DNA of 64,000 nt from Candidatus Sumerlaeaceae bacterium (GCA_051003195.1 JBPCLP010000017.1:32001-96000), one strand, 5' to 3'. Counted from the stretch's first letter, positions 1-9,223 are shown. Program-made: numbers and translations. Notes: generated by a model not told the origin, from the letters alone.

Positions 1-848
1 CTTGTGAAATGCTGTGCATCCTGCGCAAGGTACCACACGGCATTTGAAACATATTGCTGGTTAACCAGACCTGTCAGGGTAAAACGCATAATAGCGGACT
101 GCAGCGAGCCCTCGTTCCACAACACCCAGGACTGATCGAAGAAGGTGGAAAGTGCGGCGACCGCGTTGATGCTGGAAAAGTCGAGCTGCTCGATGCTTGC
201 GCCCAGTGAATCCGATCCAGCCCGGTGCAGAAGATCCTCGGCCATTGCGATGGCCTGGCCGCGCGCGTACATTGCCCCCCAACCGGAGAATGCGGTATTT
301 ATGAACGGGTCGCACGTGCGAGCCGATGAAGCCAGGTAATTCAGCGCGCTCGTAGTTTGTCCTTCGGCGATCGCTTTCCAGGCGAGTTGCCGTGAGAACT
401 GCGACAGATAGTTAAGGTTCGGCCAGATGTTTGAGAAGAGATTGCTTTGTTCGGCAGATTTGGTGAAAAGTTGGCCGGTGTCGAATGAAGCTTGCTGCGC
501 CAGTTTCCCATAGGACTCGACTCGTGATCCGAATTCCTCATTCGCCTTTTCAACGACCTGCCGCAGCGCCTGCAGGTACATCAGCTCGCCTGATTCAAGC
601 TGCAGCAAGCCGATGGTGCGCAGGCGTGTTGCTTGCGCCGGTTCCAATATGAGAAGCCGCTGGATCTCCGCGGTAGCGTCCGGCTTGTCGGACGGGTGAT
701 AGTGCTGCTTTATATTTTCACCGATGCGCGGGAAGTTCTCGACCACCGGCATGCGCGGGAAGCTGACAACAATGATCGGCGCGAGAGGCAGCGAGCACAG
801 CATCAACACCCACGTGCTGCGTTTTTCCAGGAAGCGTAATGTTTTCAT
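1..848 (-). CDS. Hypothetical protein with N-terminal hydrophobic anchor; partial, runs off the window start; last visible gene of the GntR/ABC operon
   Basis: Manual translation from ATG at 848 (MKTLRFLEKRSTWVLMLCSLPLAPIIVVSF...) stays open to the window edge; GGAG SD upstream; absent from the ORF track because it has no stop. Confidence 0.7.
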   Translation of the reverse strand, partial: MKTLRFLEKRSTWVLMLCSLPLAPIIVVSFPRMPVVENFPRIGENIKQHYHPSDKPDATAEIQRLLILEPAQATRLRTIGLLQLESGELMYLQALRQVVEKANEEFGSRVESYGKLAQQASFDTGQLFTKSAEQSNLFSNIWPNLNYLSQFSRQLAWKAIAEGQTTSALNYLASSARTCDPFINTAFSGWGAMYARGQAIAMAEDLLHRAGSDSLGASIEQLDFSSINAVAALSTFFDQSWVLWNEGSLQSAIMRFTLTGLVNQQYVSNAVWYLAQDAQHFT

Positions 849-860
849 TGTCGCGTCTCC

Positions 861-2552
861 TCAGCGGACAAACAGCATTGTGATAAGCTGCGCGGGAACG
901 GTGTTGATGAGGAAAGCTCCCCAGACAATCAGCACGACGAACAGTACGAGGCTGATGGAACCGCGCGTGCGTTCCGCAGTCTCAAGCAGTCGCGTTCGGC
1001 AGAAGCCAAGGTACGACACCAGCACCGGCAGGCCGACTACGATCAGCATGATCCAGAGCGCGTACAGTAGTGGGGCGAAGCCCATCCAGGTATCATATAG
1101 CCGTGGCGGACTCCGATAACCCAGTGTATGCGCATAGCCCACCCAACTTTGAGCGGCCACCAGCGCCCATGCGAATACCACCATGCAGGAGAACACTGTC
1201 GCAATGAGCCGGCTCTTGTAGAACAAACGGAACATCGCGCCACAGCTCATCAGCGCACCTAAGACGCCCAGCGTGAACAGTGGCATCTCCAGCGGGAAGG
1301 ACTCAATGCGCCAGCCGTTCTCCAGAAATTTGGAGATCGCGATGAAGCTGAACCCAACGAGGCAGCTAAGATAAATGGCCAGGAGTGCCACGCCCGCGGC
1401 TGCGATACGTGGCCAGAAGATGCGCTGGCGAGTGATGGGCAAAGTGTACACTGCAAATCGCGGTGACACGCGTTCTTCGGGCAGCCATAGTCCGCTGCCG
1501 ATGAGTGCGACTGTTACGGGAACACCAAACATCAGCATGAGGTATAAATTGGGGGCATTGTCAGCTTCGACCTTCGTGAGTGCATTCACACCAGGCGTAA
1601 TCGCGCAGACGACGCATAGCAGCGTGACCGGCAAACGCAACAGGTAGCGGTGCGGCGGATCAAACGGCACCCTGGTGTGGCGTGTTCTGCGGTACTGGAG
1701 GAAACTCGTGATTCGCTGCCACCACGGGCTGGACGCTTCGACCCGTGCGGCGGCATCGGCGCGATAGGTGTGGGTGTGCCGGAACATTCGCGGATATGCA
1801 GCAACCATCAGCAGGGTCCAGACGGCGAGGCTGACGCCGTTGATCAGCATGATGGTCTGATCGGTATGGTTTTTCCGGACGAAGAGCTTGCCGACTGTTA
1901 CGAGGTAGGTGCAGTAGACGAGTATTCCCAGGATTGCGGACGGCGCCAGGTTCTGAAACAGGAATCCACAGGCGAGACCGGTCACGAGCAGGCTAATGCA
2001 CCGCAGTAGGGTTATGGGTCCGCTGCTGTGAAAATCGAGTGCTACGGAGAAAAGTTGAATTTTGTCTCGAACGAGCGAACGAAGCAACGCGAATCCGTTA
2101 TCGCTTAACCATCCCATGAGCAGCGCCGCCACTATGGTCCATATCAGCAGCATCACGGCGCCTACGGCAAACTTGTGCATGAAGTGCTGCATGCGCGAGC
2201 AGGGTAGTGTATCCAGGAACGATAACGTCCGGTTTTCGACTTCATCCGCGCTGAGCACCAGCCCGAAAACAAACGCGCTGGTGATAAGGAGGGCAAGGTA
2301 AATGGAGGCCGCGTTCTCCTGGAGTTTCTGCATCGGCGGGGTGGCATTGCGGCCGTCGAAGAGCTCGGCGAGCCACGGCAGGTACACCGCGAAACACGAC
2401 GCCAGGATCATCGTGACGACGATTTTGAAATGGTGCAGCAGGTCCTTGGCGAAAACGCCGCCGGAACGAAGCAGGGGAGCTTGAGCAGGCATCGGAATGC
2501 GTTTATCCCAGATGCTGCCTGCGGGTACGGGAGCTGAGCTTGTCTCAGGCAT
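861..2552 (-). CDS. ABC-2-type permease, apparently two fused permease halves
   Basis: Many TM segments; two related motifs, EVENRTLSFLDTLPCSR and EERVSPRFAVYTLPITR; adjacent to an ABC ATPase. Confidence 0.75.
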   Translation of the reverse strand: MPETSSAPVPAGSIWDKRIPMPAQAPLLRSGGVFAKDLLHHFKIVVTMILASCFAVYLPWLAELFDGRNATPPMQKLQENAASIYLALLITSAFVFGLVLSADEVENRTLSFLDTLPCSRMQHFMHKFAVGAVMLLIWTIVAALLMGWLSDNGFALLRSLVRDKIQLFSVALDFHSSGPITLLRCISLLVTGLACGFLFQNLAPSAILGILVYCTYLVTVGKLFVRKNHTDQTIMLINGVSLAVWTLLMVAAYPRMFRHTHTYRADAAARVEASSPWWQRITSFLQYRRTRHTRVPFDPPHRYLLRLPVTLLCVVCAITPGVNALTKVEADNAPNLYLMLMFGVPVTVALIGSGLWLPEERVSPRFAVYTLPITRQRIFWPRIAAAGVALLAIYLSCLVGFSFIAISKFLENGWRIESFPLEMPLFTLGVLGALMSCGAMFRLFYKSRLIATVFSCMVVFAWALVAAQSWVGYAHTLGYRSPPRLYDTWMGFAPLLYALWIMLIVVGLPVLVSYLGFCRTRLLETAERTRGSISLVLFVVLIVWGAFLINTVPAQLITMLFVR

Positions 2553-2582
2553 GAGCGCACTGCCTTACGTTCGAGCATAGCC

Positions 2583-3533
2583 TCATAGCACTTCGCCTCG
2601 TCCTGCGAGTTCGACGAAGGCTTCTTCGAGCGAGAGATCTTCGATTGTGATGCGCGACGCACCGAACTGTTGAAGCTGGCTAGCCGTGGTCTCGGTAAAA
2701 TGGTCGAGGACAAGAATGAGTTCGCGCCCGTCCATTTGTGTTCGAATAGTATCCGGCATTTCAATTTTTTCCGGTGGGGTATCGGCGTAGGTCAGTCGCA
2801 CGCGTTTAATCTGCGCCAGTAATTCATCCACGCGTTGCGTTCGGACAAGCGAACCCGCCTTGAGAATTGCGACGTGGTCGACGATGCCACTGATTTCGTG
2901 GATCAGGTGCGAGCTGATAAGCACGGTGCGATCGCCTTCCATAAACTCGGCGAGAAGTCCTTCGATGAACTGTCGGCGCGCGACCGGGTCCAGGCCGAGC
3001 GTCGGTTCATCGAGGAGCAGCAGGTCCGGGTTGAATGCGAGTGCGAGAGTCAGTGCCACCTTTGCGCGCTGGCCTTTACTGAGCGTGCCGACGCGTTGCA
3101 TCTTTGGCAGATCGAAAACCTGGAGCAGGTGCGCGGCGCGGGTGTCGTCCCATTCCCGTTTGCGATAGTGTGCAACAAACGCGAGCGTTTCCTCGACGGT
3201 CATCCACTCGTAGAAGCTGGGTGTATCGGGCACATATCCGACTCGGCGTTTGATCGCAATGTCGTCGGCAACCGGATCGAGCCCGAGCACACTTGCCCAC
3301 CCTGCTGTTGGGCTAAGCATCCCCATGAGCATTCGTATCGTTGTGGATTTGCCGGCGCCGTTGAGGCCGAGAAAACCAAACACCGAGCCTTTGGGTACCT
3401 GGAGATCGAGGTGATCCACTGCCCATTGTTTGCCGAAGCGGTGGCTCAACTGGAAGGTTTGGATCGCAAAGCGCGTTGCATCACCGCCGCTCAGATCCAT
3501 GTTCCGCGGTTGCACTTCTATCGTGGCGCTCAT
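2583..3533 (-). CDS. ABC transporter ATP-binding protein (YtrB-like)
   Basis: Walker A GLNGAGKS, signature LSKGQ, Walker B LLLLDEP, H-loop SSH. Confidence 0.95.
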   Translation of the reverse strand: MSATIEVQPRNMDLSGGDATRFAIQTFQLSHRFGKQWAVDHLDLQVPKGSVFGFLGLNGAGKSTTIRMLMGMLSPTAGWASVLGLDPVADDIAIKRRVGYVPDTPSFYEWMTVEETLAFVAHYRKREWDDTRAAHLLQVFDLPKMQRVGTLSKGQRAKVALTLALAFNPDLLLLDEPTLGLDPVARRQFIEGLLAEFMEGDRTVLISSHLIHEISGIVDHVAILKAGSLVRTQRVDELLAQIKRVRLTYADTPPEKIEMPDTIRTQMDGRELILVLDHFTETTASQLQQFGASRITIEDLSLEEAFVELAGRGEVL

Positions 3534-3967
3534 GCTTCGCCTCCTTTGCCTGAATCGTGTTTGCGTGCTGGCGCCGCTCCGTTTGGATAAATCGTCTCCA
3601 TGCGTTCGCTGAAGATCGTGAGCACCTGCTCGCGCGAGAGTCCGAACAGTTTGGCCTGCGAGAGCAACTCATCGAGCGAGGCCTGCAACTGTTTGCGCTG
3701 AACTGTTCGGGTGAGCTGGCTGCCGCGATCGCTGACGAAGGTGCCCTGGCCGGCACGAGTGTAGAGTACTCCCTCGCGTTCGAGTTCGCTGTAAACGCGG
3801 GCTACGGTGTTGCGGTTGACGCGTACCTGTACCGCGACGTCGCGCACGGGTGGAAGCCGGTCACCTGGAAGAAGACGCCCGGACGCGATGGCAAACTTCA
3901 CCTGGTCTACGAGCTGCTGGTAGACAGGTTTAGCGCCGGCGAGATCGACTTGGAAGAGCATTTGCAC
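3530..3967 (-). CDS. GntR family transcriptional regulator, YtrA subfamily
   Basis: PVYQQL...LLPGDRLPPVR...VNRNTVARVYSELEREG...GQGTFV winged HTH; short C-terminus; upstream of ABC genes. Confidence 0.92.
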   Translation of the reverse strand: MQMLFQVDLAGAKPVYQQLVDQVKFAIASGRLLPGDRLPPVRDVAVQVRVNRNTVARVYSELEREGVLYTRAGQGTFVSDRGSQLTRTVQRKQLQASLDELLSQAKLFGLSREQVLTIFSERMETIYPNGAAPARKHDSGKGGEA

Positions 3968-3968
3968 A

Positions 3969-3991
3969 TTGTCCTAGTAACATTAGGACAA
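3969..3991. promoter_or_regulatory. Palindromic YtrA-type operator
   Basis: TTGTCCTA-gtaacat-TAGGACAA inverted repeat directly abutting the gntR start. Confidence 0.7.
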
Positions 3992-4074
3992 CAGGTGCAA
4001 GTGAAAAGTATAGATTTTTACACTTACGGCAAAGTAGTAAGGAAGTAAGGAATTCTGTTTAGAAGGATTGAGCT

Positions 4075-4311
4075 ATGCTGGCCAAGCTGACATCGAAAAA
4101 TCAGATCACCATACCCAAGGCGATTATTGAGTCTATAGGCTCCTCAGAGTACTATGAAGTCCGGACGGAAGACGGCAGCATTTTACTTACCCCGGTCAAC
4201 CCTCGCGGCGCGGCGAGTGTACGCACTAAACTCGAAAAGCTCGGCATTAGCGAGTCGGATATCCACTCAGCGGTGAAATGGGCGCGGGGCAAGCAAAACA
4301 CTCGAAAGTGA
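4075..4311 (+). CDS. AbrB/MazE/SpoVT family antitoxin
   Basis: AKLTSKNQITIPKAI motif; stop overlaps the PIN gene start (GTGA). Confidence 0.88.
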   Translation: MLAKLTSKNQITIPKAIIESIGSSEYYEVRTEDGSILLTPVNPRGAASVRTKLEKLGISESDIHSAVKWARGKQNTRK

Positions 4312-4718
4312 AAGTGGTGTTTGACACAAATTGTGTTGTTTCCGCGCTGGTCTTTAAGGGGCGCTTGTCCTGGCTGCGCAGCGCCTGGCAAAGCGGCCAG
4401 ATCATCCCACTCGTGAGCCGCCCTTGTGCTGATGAGCTGATCCGCGTTTTATATTATCCGAAGTTCAAACTGTTGCCGGCAGATGTCGAGTTGTTACTGG
4501 CAGAATACCTGCCGTTTGCAGAGGTTGTAAAACTTCCGCCGCGCTTACCGCGGGTTCCACACTGCCGGGACAGGTCGGACGAAATATTTCCAGTGGCAGC
4601 TGTGGTCGGTGGTGCAGACTATGTTGTGAGCGGCGACCCGGATTTGCGCGTGCTGAAAAACAAGTTTCGAATTTCCGTAGTTTCGCCTGAAGAATTCCGC
4701 GAGGTCTTACAGCTGTAA
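4308..4718 (+). CDS. PIN-domain toxin
   Basis: VVFDTNCVVSAL...CRDRSDEIF...ADYVVSGDPDL; GTG start at 4308. Confidence 0.88.
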   Translation: MKVVFDTNCVVSALVFKGRLSWLRSAWQSGQIIPLVSRPCADELIRVLYYPKFKLLPADVELLLAEYLPFAEVVKLPPRLPRVPHCRDRSDEIFPVAAVVGGADYVVSGDPDLRVLKNKFRISVVSPEEFREVLQL

Positions 4719-4756
4719 TTGCTGGCCCGCACCTGGCCAGCAATGGTCTAAACCTG

Positions 4757-4781
4757 AAAAAGCCCCGCGTCGCCGCGGGGC
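4757..4781 (-). terminator. Rho-independent terminator of rpsB, possibly bidirectional
   Basis: GCCCCGCG-tcgc-CGCGGGGC hairpin preceded by A5 (U-tract on the minus strand). Confidence 0.7.
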
Positions 4782-4814
4782 CTTGTACTTTTTTACTCGT
4801 CTACTTTTGTACTT

Positions 4815-5792
4815 TTAAACGTTGTCTGCCTGCAAACCGATTTCATCGGGCTGCGCACCAACGAGTACTACATCGGGCTGGTCACCCTTGGCAGGGCTGA
4901 CTTCCGTCTCTGCAACTGGCACACCGCTGTCCGCTTCGACAGCCACTTCGCCTGCCGCAGCATCGACTTCGCCCGTATCACCGAAGTAATTAATCTCTTC
5001 TTCGTCTTCAGTACCGACAACGTCGCGGTATTTCTTCTCAAGGCTTTCAATGTCGACGCCGAGTGTGGCGCTTGGAATTTCAGCCTGCAGTGCAAGGCCG
5101 CTGTCGGCGCGGGCCTGGAGACCCTCGGCGACGCTCTCGGCCATCTTCTGGCTGATCAGCTTCACGGCGCGGATGGCGTCATCGTTTCCGGGGATCACCC
5201 AATCGATGACGTCGGGATCGCAGTTGGTGTCGACGATCGCCACGATTGGAATCTTCAGCTTCTTTGCTTCCTTAACGGCGATCTCTTCCTTGTGCGGATC
5301 CACAATGAAGATGACGCCGGGCAGCTGATCCATTTTCTTTACGCCGCCGAGATTCTTCTCGAGCGACTGGCGCTCCTTGAGCAGCATCGACTGTTCTTTT
5401 TTAGTATAGTGGGCGATGGTGCCATCGGCTTCCATTCGCTCAATTTCGATCATGCGCAGTACAGAGCGGCGCACGGTGCGGAAGTTCGTGAGCATTCCGC
5501 CAAGCCAGCGGTTGTTTACATAGTACATGTTGCAGTCGCGGGCAGCCTCGAAAATCGAGTCCTTCGCCTGCTTCTTGGTCCCAACGAAGAGAACCGTCTT
5601 TCCATCTGCAACGGCGTCGCGCACAAACTTGCAGGCGTCGCGCATCATCTTGAGCGTTTTCTTGAGATCGATGATGTAGATCCCATTGCGCTCGGTGTAG
5701 ATGTAGGTTTTCATCTTGGGGTTCCACCGGCGGCTCTGGTGACCAAAGTGGACACCGGCCTCCAGCAGCTGCTTCATCGTGATATTTACCAC
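4815..5792 (-). CDS. rpsB: 30S ribosomal protein S2 with long acidic C-terminal tail
   Basis: [44 protein letters not shown]. Confidence 0.98.
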   Translation of the reverse strand: MVNITMKQLLEAGVHFGHQSRRWNPKMKTYIYTERNGIYIIDLKKTLKMMRDACKFVRDAVADGKTVLFVGTKKQAKDSIFEAARDCNMYYVNNRWLGGMLTNFRTVRRSVLRMIEIERMEADGTIAHYTKKEQSMLLKERQSLEKNLGGVKKMDQLPGVIFIVDPHKEEIAVKEAKKLKIPIVAIVDTNCDPDVIDWVIPGNDDAIRAVKLISQKMAESVAEGLQARADSGLALQAEIPSATLGVDIESLEKKYRDVVGTEDEEEINYFGDTGEVDAAAGEVAVEADSGVPVAETEVSPAKGDQPDVVLVGAQPDEIGLQADNV

Positions 5793-5811
5793 GTTTGCTG
5801 CCTCCGTACGA

Positions 5812-5908
5812 TTTGGTTTTACCTCCGCTGGACTTCGTCTCGACGTCGGTCCCTCGGCTCATTACGAGATGGGGGCACCCCGATGTCGAATCCATCCGGC
5901 GTGTGTAA
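5812..5908 (-). promoter_or_regulatory. rpsB (S2 / t44-type) leader RNA
   Basis: Minus strand reads ACACACGCC...CGGGGUGCCC...CGGAGGUAAAACC, matching the recalled hallmark motifs of the S2 autoregulatory leader. Confidence 0.7.
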
Positions 5909-5984
5909 TCCGGCGGCTGGGCGCGAGGGCGCAGCTACCGGTGATGCCAATTAGGGATGCAGCGAATGGTTATTCAGCCAGTTG

Positions 5985-6057
5985 TAGCCGCAAAGAAGCA
6001 CAAAACGCACAAAATTGCAGACGTCATTTTTGTTCAATTTGCGCTTTTATGTGGCTA
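5985..6057. repeat. Short palindromic element with about 9-nt periodic arms
   Basis: TAGCCGCAAAGAAGCACAAAACGCACAAAA ... TTTTGTTCAATTTGCGCTTTTATGTGGCTA imperfect inverted repeat. Confidence 0.65.
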
Positions 6058-6115
6058 TATGCAGATGTCCTTTTGCAGGTGTCGCACCAGCATAGTTTGA
6101 TCGTGAGGGCTAATC

Positions 6116-6748
6116 ATTAACAACAGACTTCCCGGTGGCCTGCTGGTCGCGTTTGAGGGTACGGATGGCGCGGGGAAGTCGACGCAGGCAAAGGCGGCGG
6201 TGGCATGGCTTGAGCAGAACGGTTACCCGGCTGTCTACCTGAAGGAACCCACGGACGGGCCAATCGGTCAAAAGTTGCGCCACATGATGGTTCATAAGGA
6301 GCATCGGGATTATATGGAGGAGTTCAGGCTCTTCCTTGAGGATCGCGCCGAAGATGTGCGGCTCAATATTCGCCCCATGCTGGAGCGCGGGGGAGTGGTG
6401 TGTATCGACCGATATTATATTTCGTCCATGGCCTACCAGGGCGCACTCGGCCTGGACCCGGAGTTTATCCGTACCGAGAACGAGAAAATCGCACCCCGGC
6501 CGGATCTTATCCTCTATTTTCGCCTGCCGCTTGCGGAAAGCCTGCGGCGAATACTCGCGTCGCGGCCTGAAGGACATAACCTTTTCGAAATTCGCAGCTA
6601 TCAGGAAAAGGTGCGCGATATCTTTGAAGGCATGAACATGCCGAACCTGCTAAGGGTCGATGCGGCCCAGGCGCATACGGAAGTCACAGCCCAGGTTATT
6701 ACGTTTGTTTCCAATGCAATAGACCAGAAACGAGCCACACAGGCCTGA
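6116..6748 (+). CDS. tmk: Thymidylate (dTMP) kinase; probable non-canonical start
   Basis: P-loop FEGTDGAGKST lies upstream of the ORF-track start at 6200; KEPT, DRYYISSMAYQG and PDL motifs. Confidence 0.92.
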   Translation: MNNRLPGGLLVAFEGTDGAGKSTQAKAAVAWLEQNGYPAVYLKEPTDGPIGQKLRHMMVHKEHRDYMEEFRLFLEDRAEDVRLNIRPMLERGGVVCIDRYYISSMAYQGALGLDPEFIRTENEKIAPRPDLILYFRLPLAESLRRILASRPEGHNLFEIRSYQEKVRDIFEGMNMPNLLRVDAAQAHTEVTAQVITFVSNAIDQKRATQA

Positions 6749-6863
6749 GAACTCCTGGAGTTTTCTTACATGCTCACATCTTTTCCGCTTGCCATATGGG
6801 GCCAGGTTCGCCAACGTGCTGGGGATTTTTGAAACCTTTACGAGGCAATAGGAGCTACAGTTC

Positions 6864-7187
6864 ATGAAGAAGCTGATGATCTTTTCACTGCTCGCGTCGA
6901 TGGCTCTCGCCCTGTCCGGTTGTGGCAGTACGAGTAATGCAGGGCCGTTCGGGCAGAATAACACGGCCAATGGCGCGCTGCTGGGCGGGCTGACTGGTGC
7001 AGGCATTGGGGCGATGGCTGGCGGCAAGAAAGCCACGCTGACCGGTGCCCTGGTTGGAACTGGTGTCGGTGCGATGGCCGGCAACGCGGTCGACCAGAAC
7101 CGTGCGCAACAGATGCAGGCTTATCCGCCGCCCCCTCCGGGACCGCCCAGCTACGGTGGGCCGCCTCCAGGGCCGCGTTCTTACTAG
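6864..7187 (+). CDS. Glycine-zipper lipoprotein with Pro-rich tail
   Basis: Lipobox LSGC; GALLGGLTGAGIGA...GALVGTGVGAMAG; AGGAG SD. Confidence 0.85.
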   Translation: MKKLMIFSLLASMALALSGCGSTSNAGPFGQNNTANGALLGGLTGAGIGAMAGGKKATLTGALVGTGVGAMAGNAVDQNRAQQMQAYPPPPPGPPSYGGPPPGPRSY

Positions 7188-7221
7188 TAGGTCCCAATAA
7201 GACCAACAATCTAGAAACTCG

Positions 7222-7252
7222 AAACCCCGCGGAAACGCGGGGTTTTGTTTTT
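7222..7252 (+). terminator. Rho-independent terminator
   Basis: AAACCCCGCG-gaaa-CGCGGGGTTT followed by TGTTTTT. Confidence 0.9.
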
Positions 7253-7519
7253 GGAACTCATGGCCCTTGGAGAAGCGCTTGCTGCTCGTGGATCTTGCTT
7301 CCTCTGCATATCGGCCAACCACGCATTACGCGCAACACAGGTGATTTTGTCCCACACAGGTGTACATGTTTTTAATCCTTGGGATTAGCAGTTGCCGATT
7401 CGCGACATAAAATCTCAATTCTGCTGAATAGCACTGTTGGCTTTGAGTAGAACTGCGCGGTGCTGTTGCGTCTACTGCGTTTACCACGGCGGAAGCAGAG
7501 GCACCAACCGCAACATAAA

Positions 7520-7910
7520 CCTTTACGGCTCAGGCTTTAAAGGCGGTCTGTCGGATCCCTCGACTGGCAGGCTGTATCAAACTGTATCACTTGCCCGTGT
7601 AACGGGATCTAAGAAGACGAGGGCGACTTCGGCACTCTTTCCGAAACGGAAAGGGGCCGTCGGGTAAACCCCGGCGGCAAGTGACGACGCGCGAGCGGGG
7701 CCTTTCTGGCGAGCTGGCGAGTCCACCGAACCGATAATGAGCAGGTGTAGTAAACGGCGTAAGCCTGTCGGCTGGTCCGACGGGAACTGCACTGGTGACA
7801 AGTTTTGGGTGCGTGCGTCCCTGCGTGGGTCGCTTTCGCGTCCAACCGGCGGCGGTACTGTCGGCGCAGGCGGGGGGTGCCCCTGCAAAAGCGCGGCAGA
7901 CTGTCGGCGG
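7520..7910 (+). ncRNA. Candidate large structured RNA or leader upstream of tuf; family unknown
   Basis: Several nested long-range helices with G-U pairs and a GNRA loop; no credible ORF (see findings). Confidence 0.5.
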
Positions 7911-7955
7911 AAGTTTGGGTAAGTTGTACCAATTTGGGAGGATCAAAAAAGGGCT

Positions 7956-9155
7956 ATGGCCAAAGAAAAGTTCGAGCGCAAAAAGCCGCACGTAAACGTC
8001 GGCACGATCGGTCACATTGACCACGGCAAGACCACATTGACGGCTGCCATCACTAAGACGCAGGCGGAGGCTGGACTCGGCCAGGCGGTCGCATTCGACC
8101 AGATCGACAAGGCTCCAGAAGAGAAAGCTCGTGGTATCACGATCGCCACGGCACACGTGGAGTATGAGAGCACCAAGCGTCACTATGCGCACGTGGATTG
8201 CCCAGGCCACGCCGATTATATTAAGAACATGATCACCGGTGCAGCGCAGATGGACGGCGCTATCGTGGTGGTTGCCGCGACTGACGGACCGATGCCGCAG
8301 ACGCGTGAGCACATCCTGCTCGCCCGCCAGGTAGGCGTGCCTTATATCGTCGTGTTCCTGAACAAATGTGACCAGGTGGACGACCCTGAACTGCTCGAGC
8401 TCGTTGAGCTGGAAGTTCGCGAGTTGCTGAGCAAATATGAGTTTCCCGGCGATGACACCCCAATCATTCGTGGTTCGGCGCTGCAGGCGCTTAACGGCGA
8501 GACCGGCGAGTACGGTAAGCCGTCGATCACCAAGTTGTTGGACGCACTGGACAGCTTTATTCCTGAGCCGGTTCGTGTTCTCGACAAACCATTCCTGATG
8601 CCGGTTGAGGACGTGTTCTCGATCTCCGGACGTGGCACGGTTGCTACGGGACGTATCGAGCGCGGTATCTGCAAAGTCGGTGACAACGTCGACATCGTCG
8701 GCATCGTTCCTACGGCCGAGCAGAAGAAGTCAGTCGTCACCGGTGTCGAGATGTTCCGCAAGCTGCTGGATGAGGGCGTAGCGGGCGATAACGTAGGACT
8801 GCTGCTGCGCGGCGTGGAGCGTACGGATATCGAGCGCGGGCAGGTCATCGCGAAGCCCGGTTCCATCACCCCCCACAAGAAGTTCAAGGCCACGGCCTAC
8901 ATCCTGACCAAGGAAGAGGGTGGACGTCACACCCCGTTCTTTAAGGGATATCGCCCGCAGTTCTACTTCCGCACAACGGACGTCACCGGCGTGGTTACAT
9001 TGCCTGAGGGTGTTGAGATGGTGATGCCGGGTGACAATATCACCTGTGAAGTTGAGCTGATCAACCCGATCGCCATGGAAAAAGAACTCCGTTTCGCTAT
9101 CCGCGAAGGCGGCCGTACGGTCGGCGCCGGCGTGGTTGCGGACATAATCGAGTAA
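7956..9155 (+). CDS. tuf: Elongation factor Tu
   Basis: [21 protein letters not shown]. Confidence 0.99.
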   Translation: MAKEKFERKKPHVNVGTIGHIDHGKTTLTAAITKTQAEAGLGQAVAFDQIDKAPEEKARGITIATAHVEYESTKRHYAHVDCPGHADYIKNMITGAAQMDGAIVVVAATDGPMPQTREHILLARQVGVPYIVVFLNKCDQVDDPELLELVELEVRELLSKYEFPGDDTPIIRGSALQALNGETGEYGKPSITKLLDALDSFIPEPVRVLDKPFLMPVEDVFSISGRGTVATGRIERGICKVGDNVDIVGIVPTAEQKKSVVTGVEMFRKLLDEGVAGDNVGLLLRGVERTDIERGQVIAKPGSITPHKKFKATAYILTKEEGGRHTPFFKGYRPQFYFRTTDVTGVVTLPEGVEMVMPGDNITCEVELINPIAMEKELRFAIREGGRTVGAGVVADIIE

Positions 9156-9172
9156 AGGAAATCAACGGCGAG

Positions 9173-9209
9173 GCCGCCGGTGTCTGAAAAAGGCACCGGC
9201 GGCTTCTTC
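9173..9209 (+). terminator. Strong hairpin between tuf and rpsJ (partial terminator or stabiliser)
   Basis: GCCGCCGGTGTC...GGCACCGGCGGC followed by TTCTTC. Confidence 0.55.
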
Positions 9210-9223
9210 ATGAAAGCAGACTA

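Noticed and set aside
7846..7865. T-box-like GGCGGTACTG; tRNA, tmRNA, RNase P and SRP also considered for the tuf leader
   Set aside because: Lacks the UGGN bulge and a terminator; no T-loop or CCA end, GAGGAAAGUCC or SRP motif found
7737..7922. 61-aa plus-strand ORF upstream of tuf (also 7437-7667)
   Set aside because: No SD and no recognisable motif; composition reflects GC-rich stems, so better explained as structured RNA
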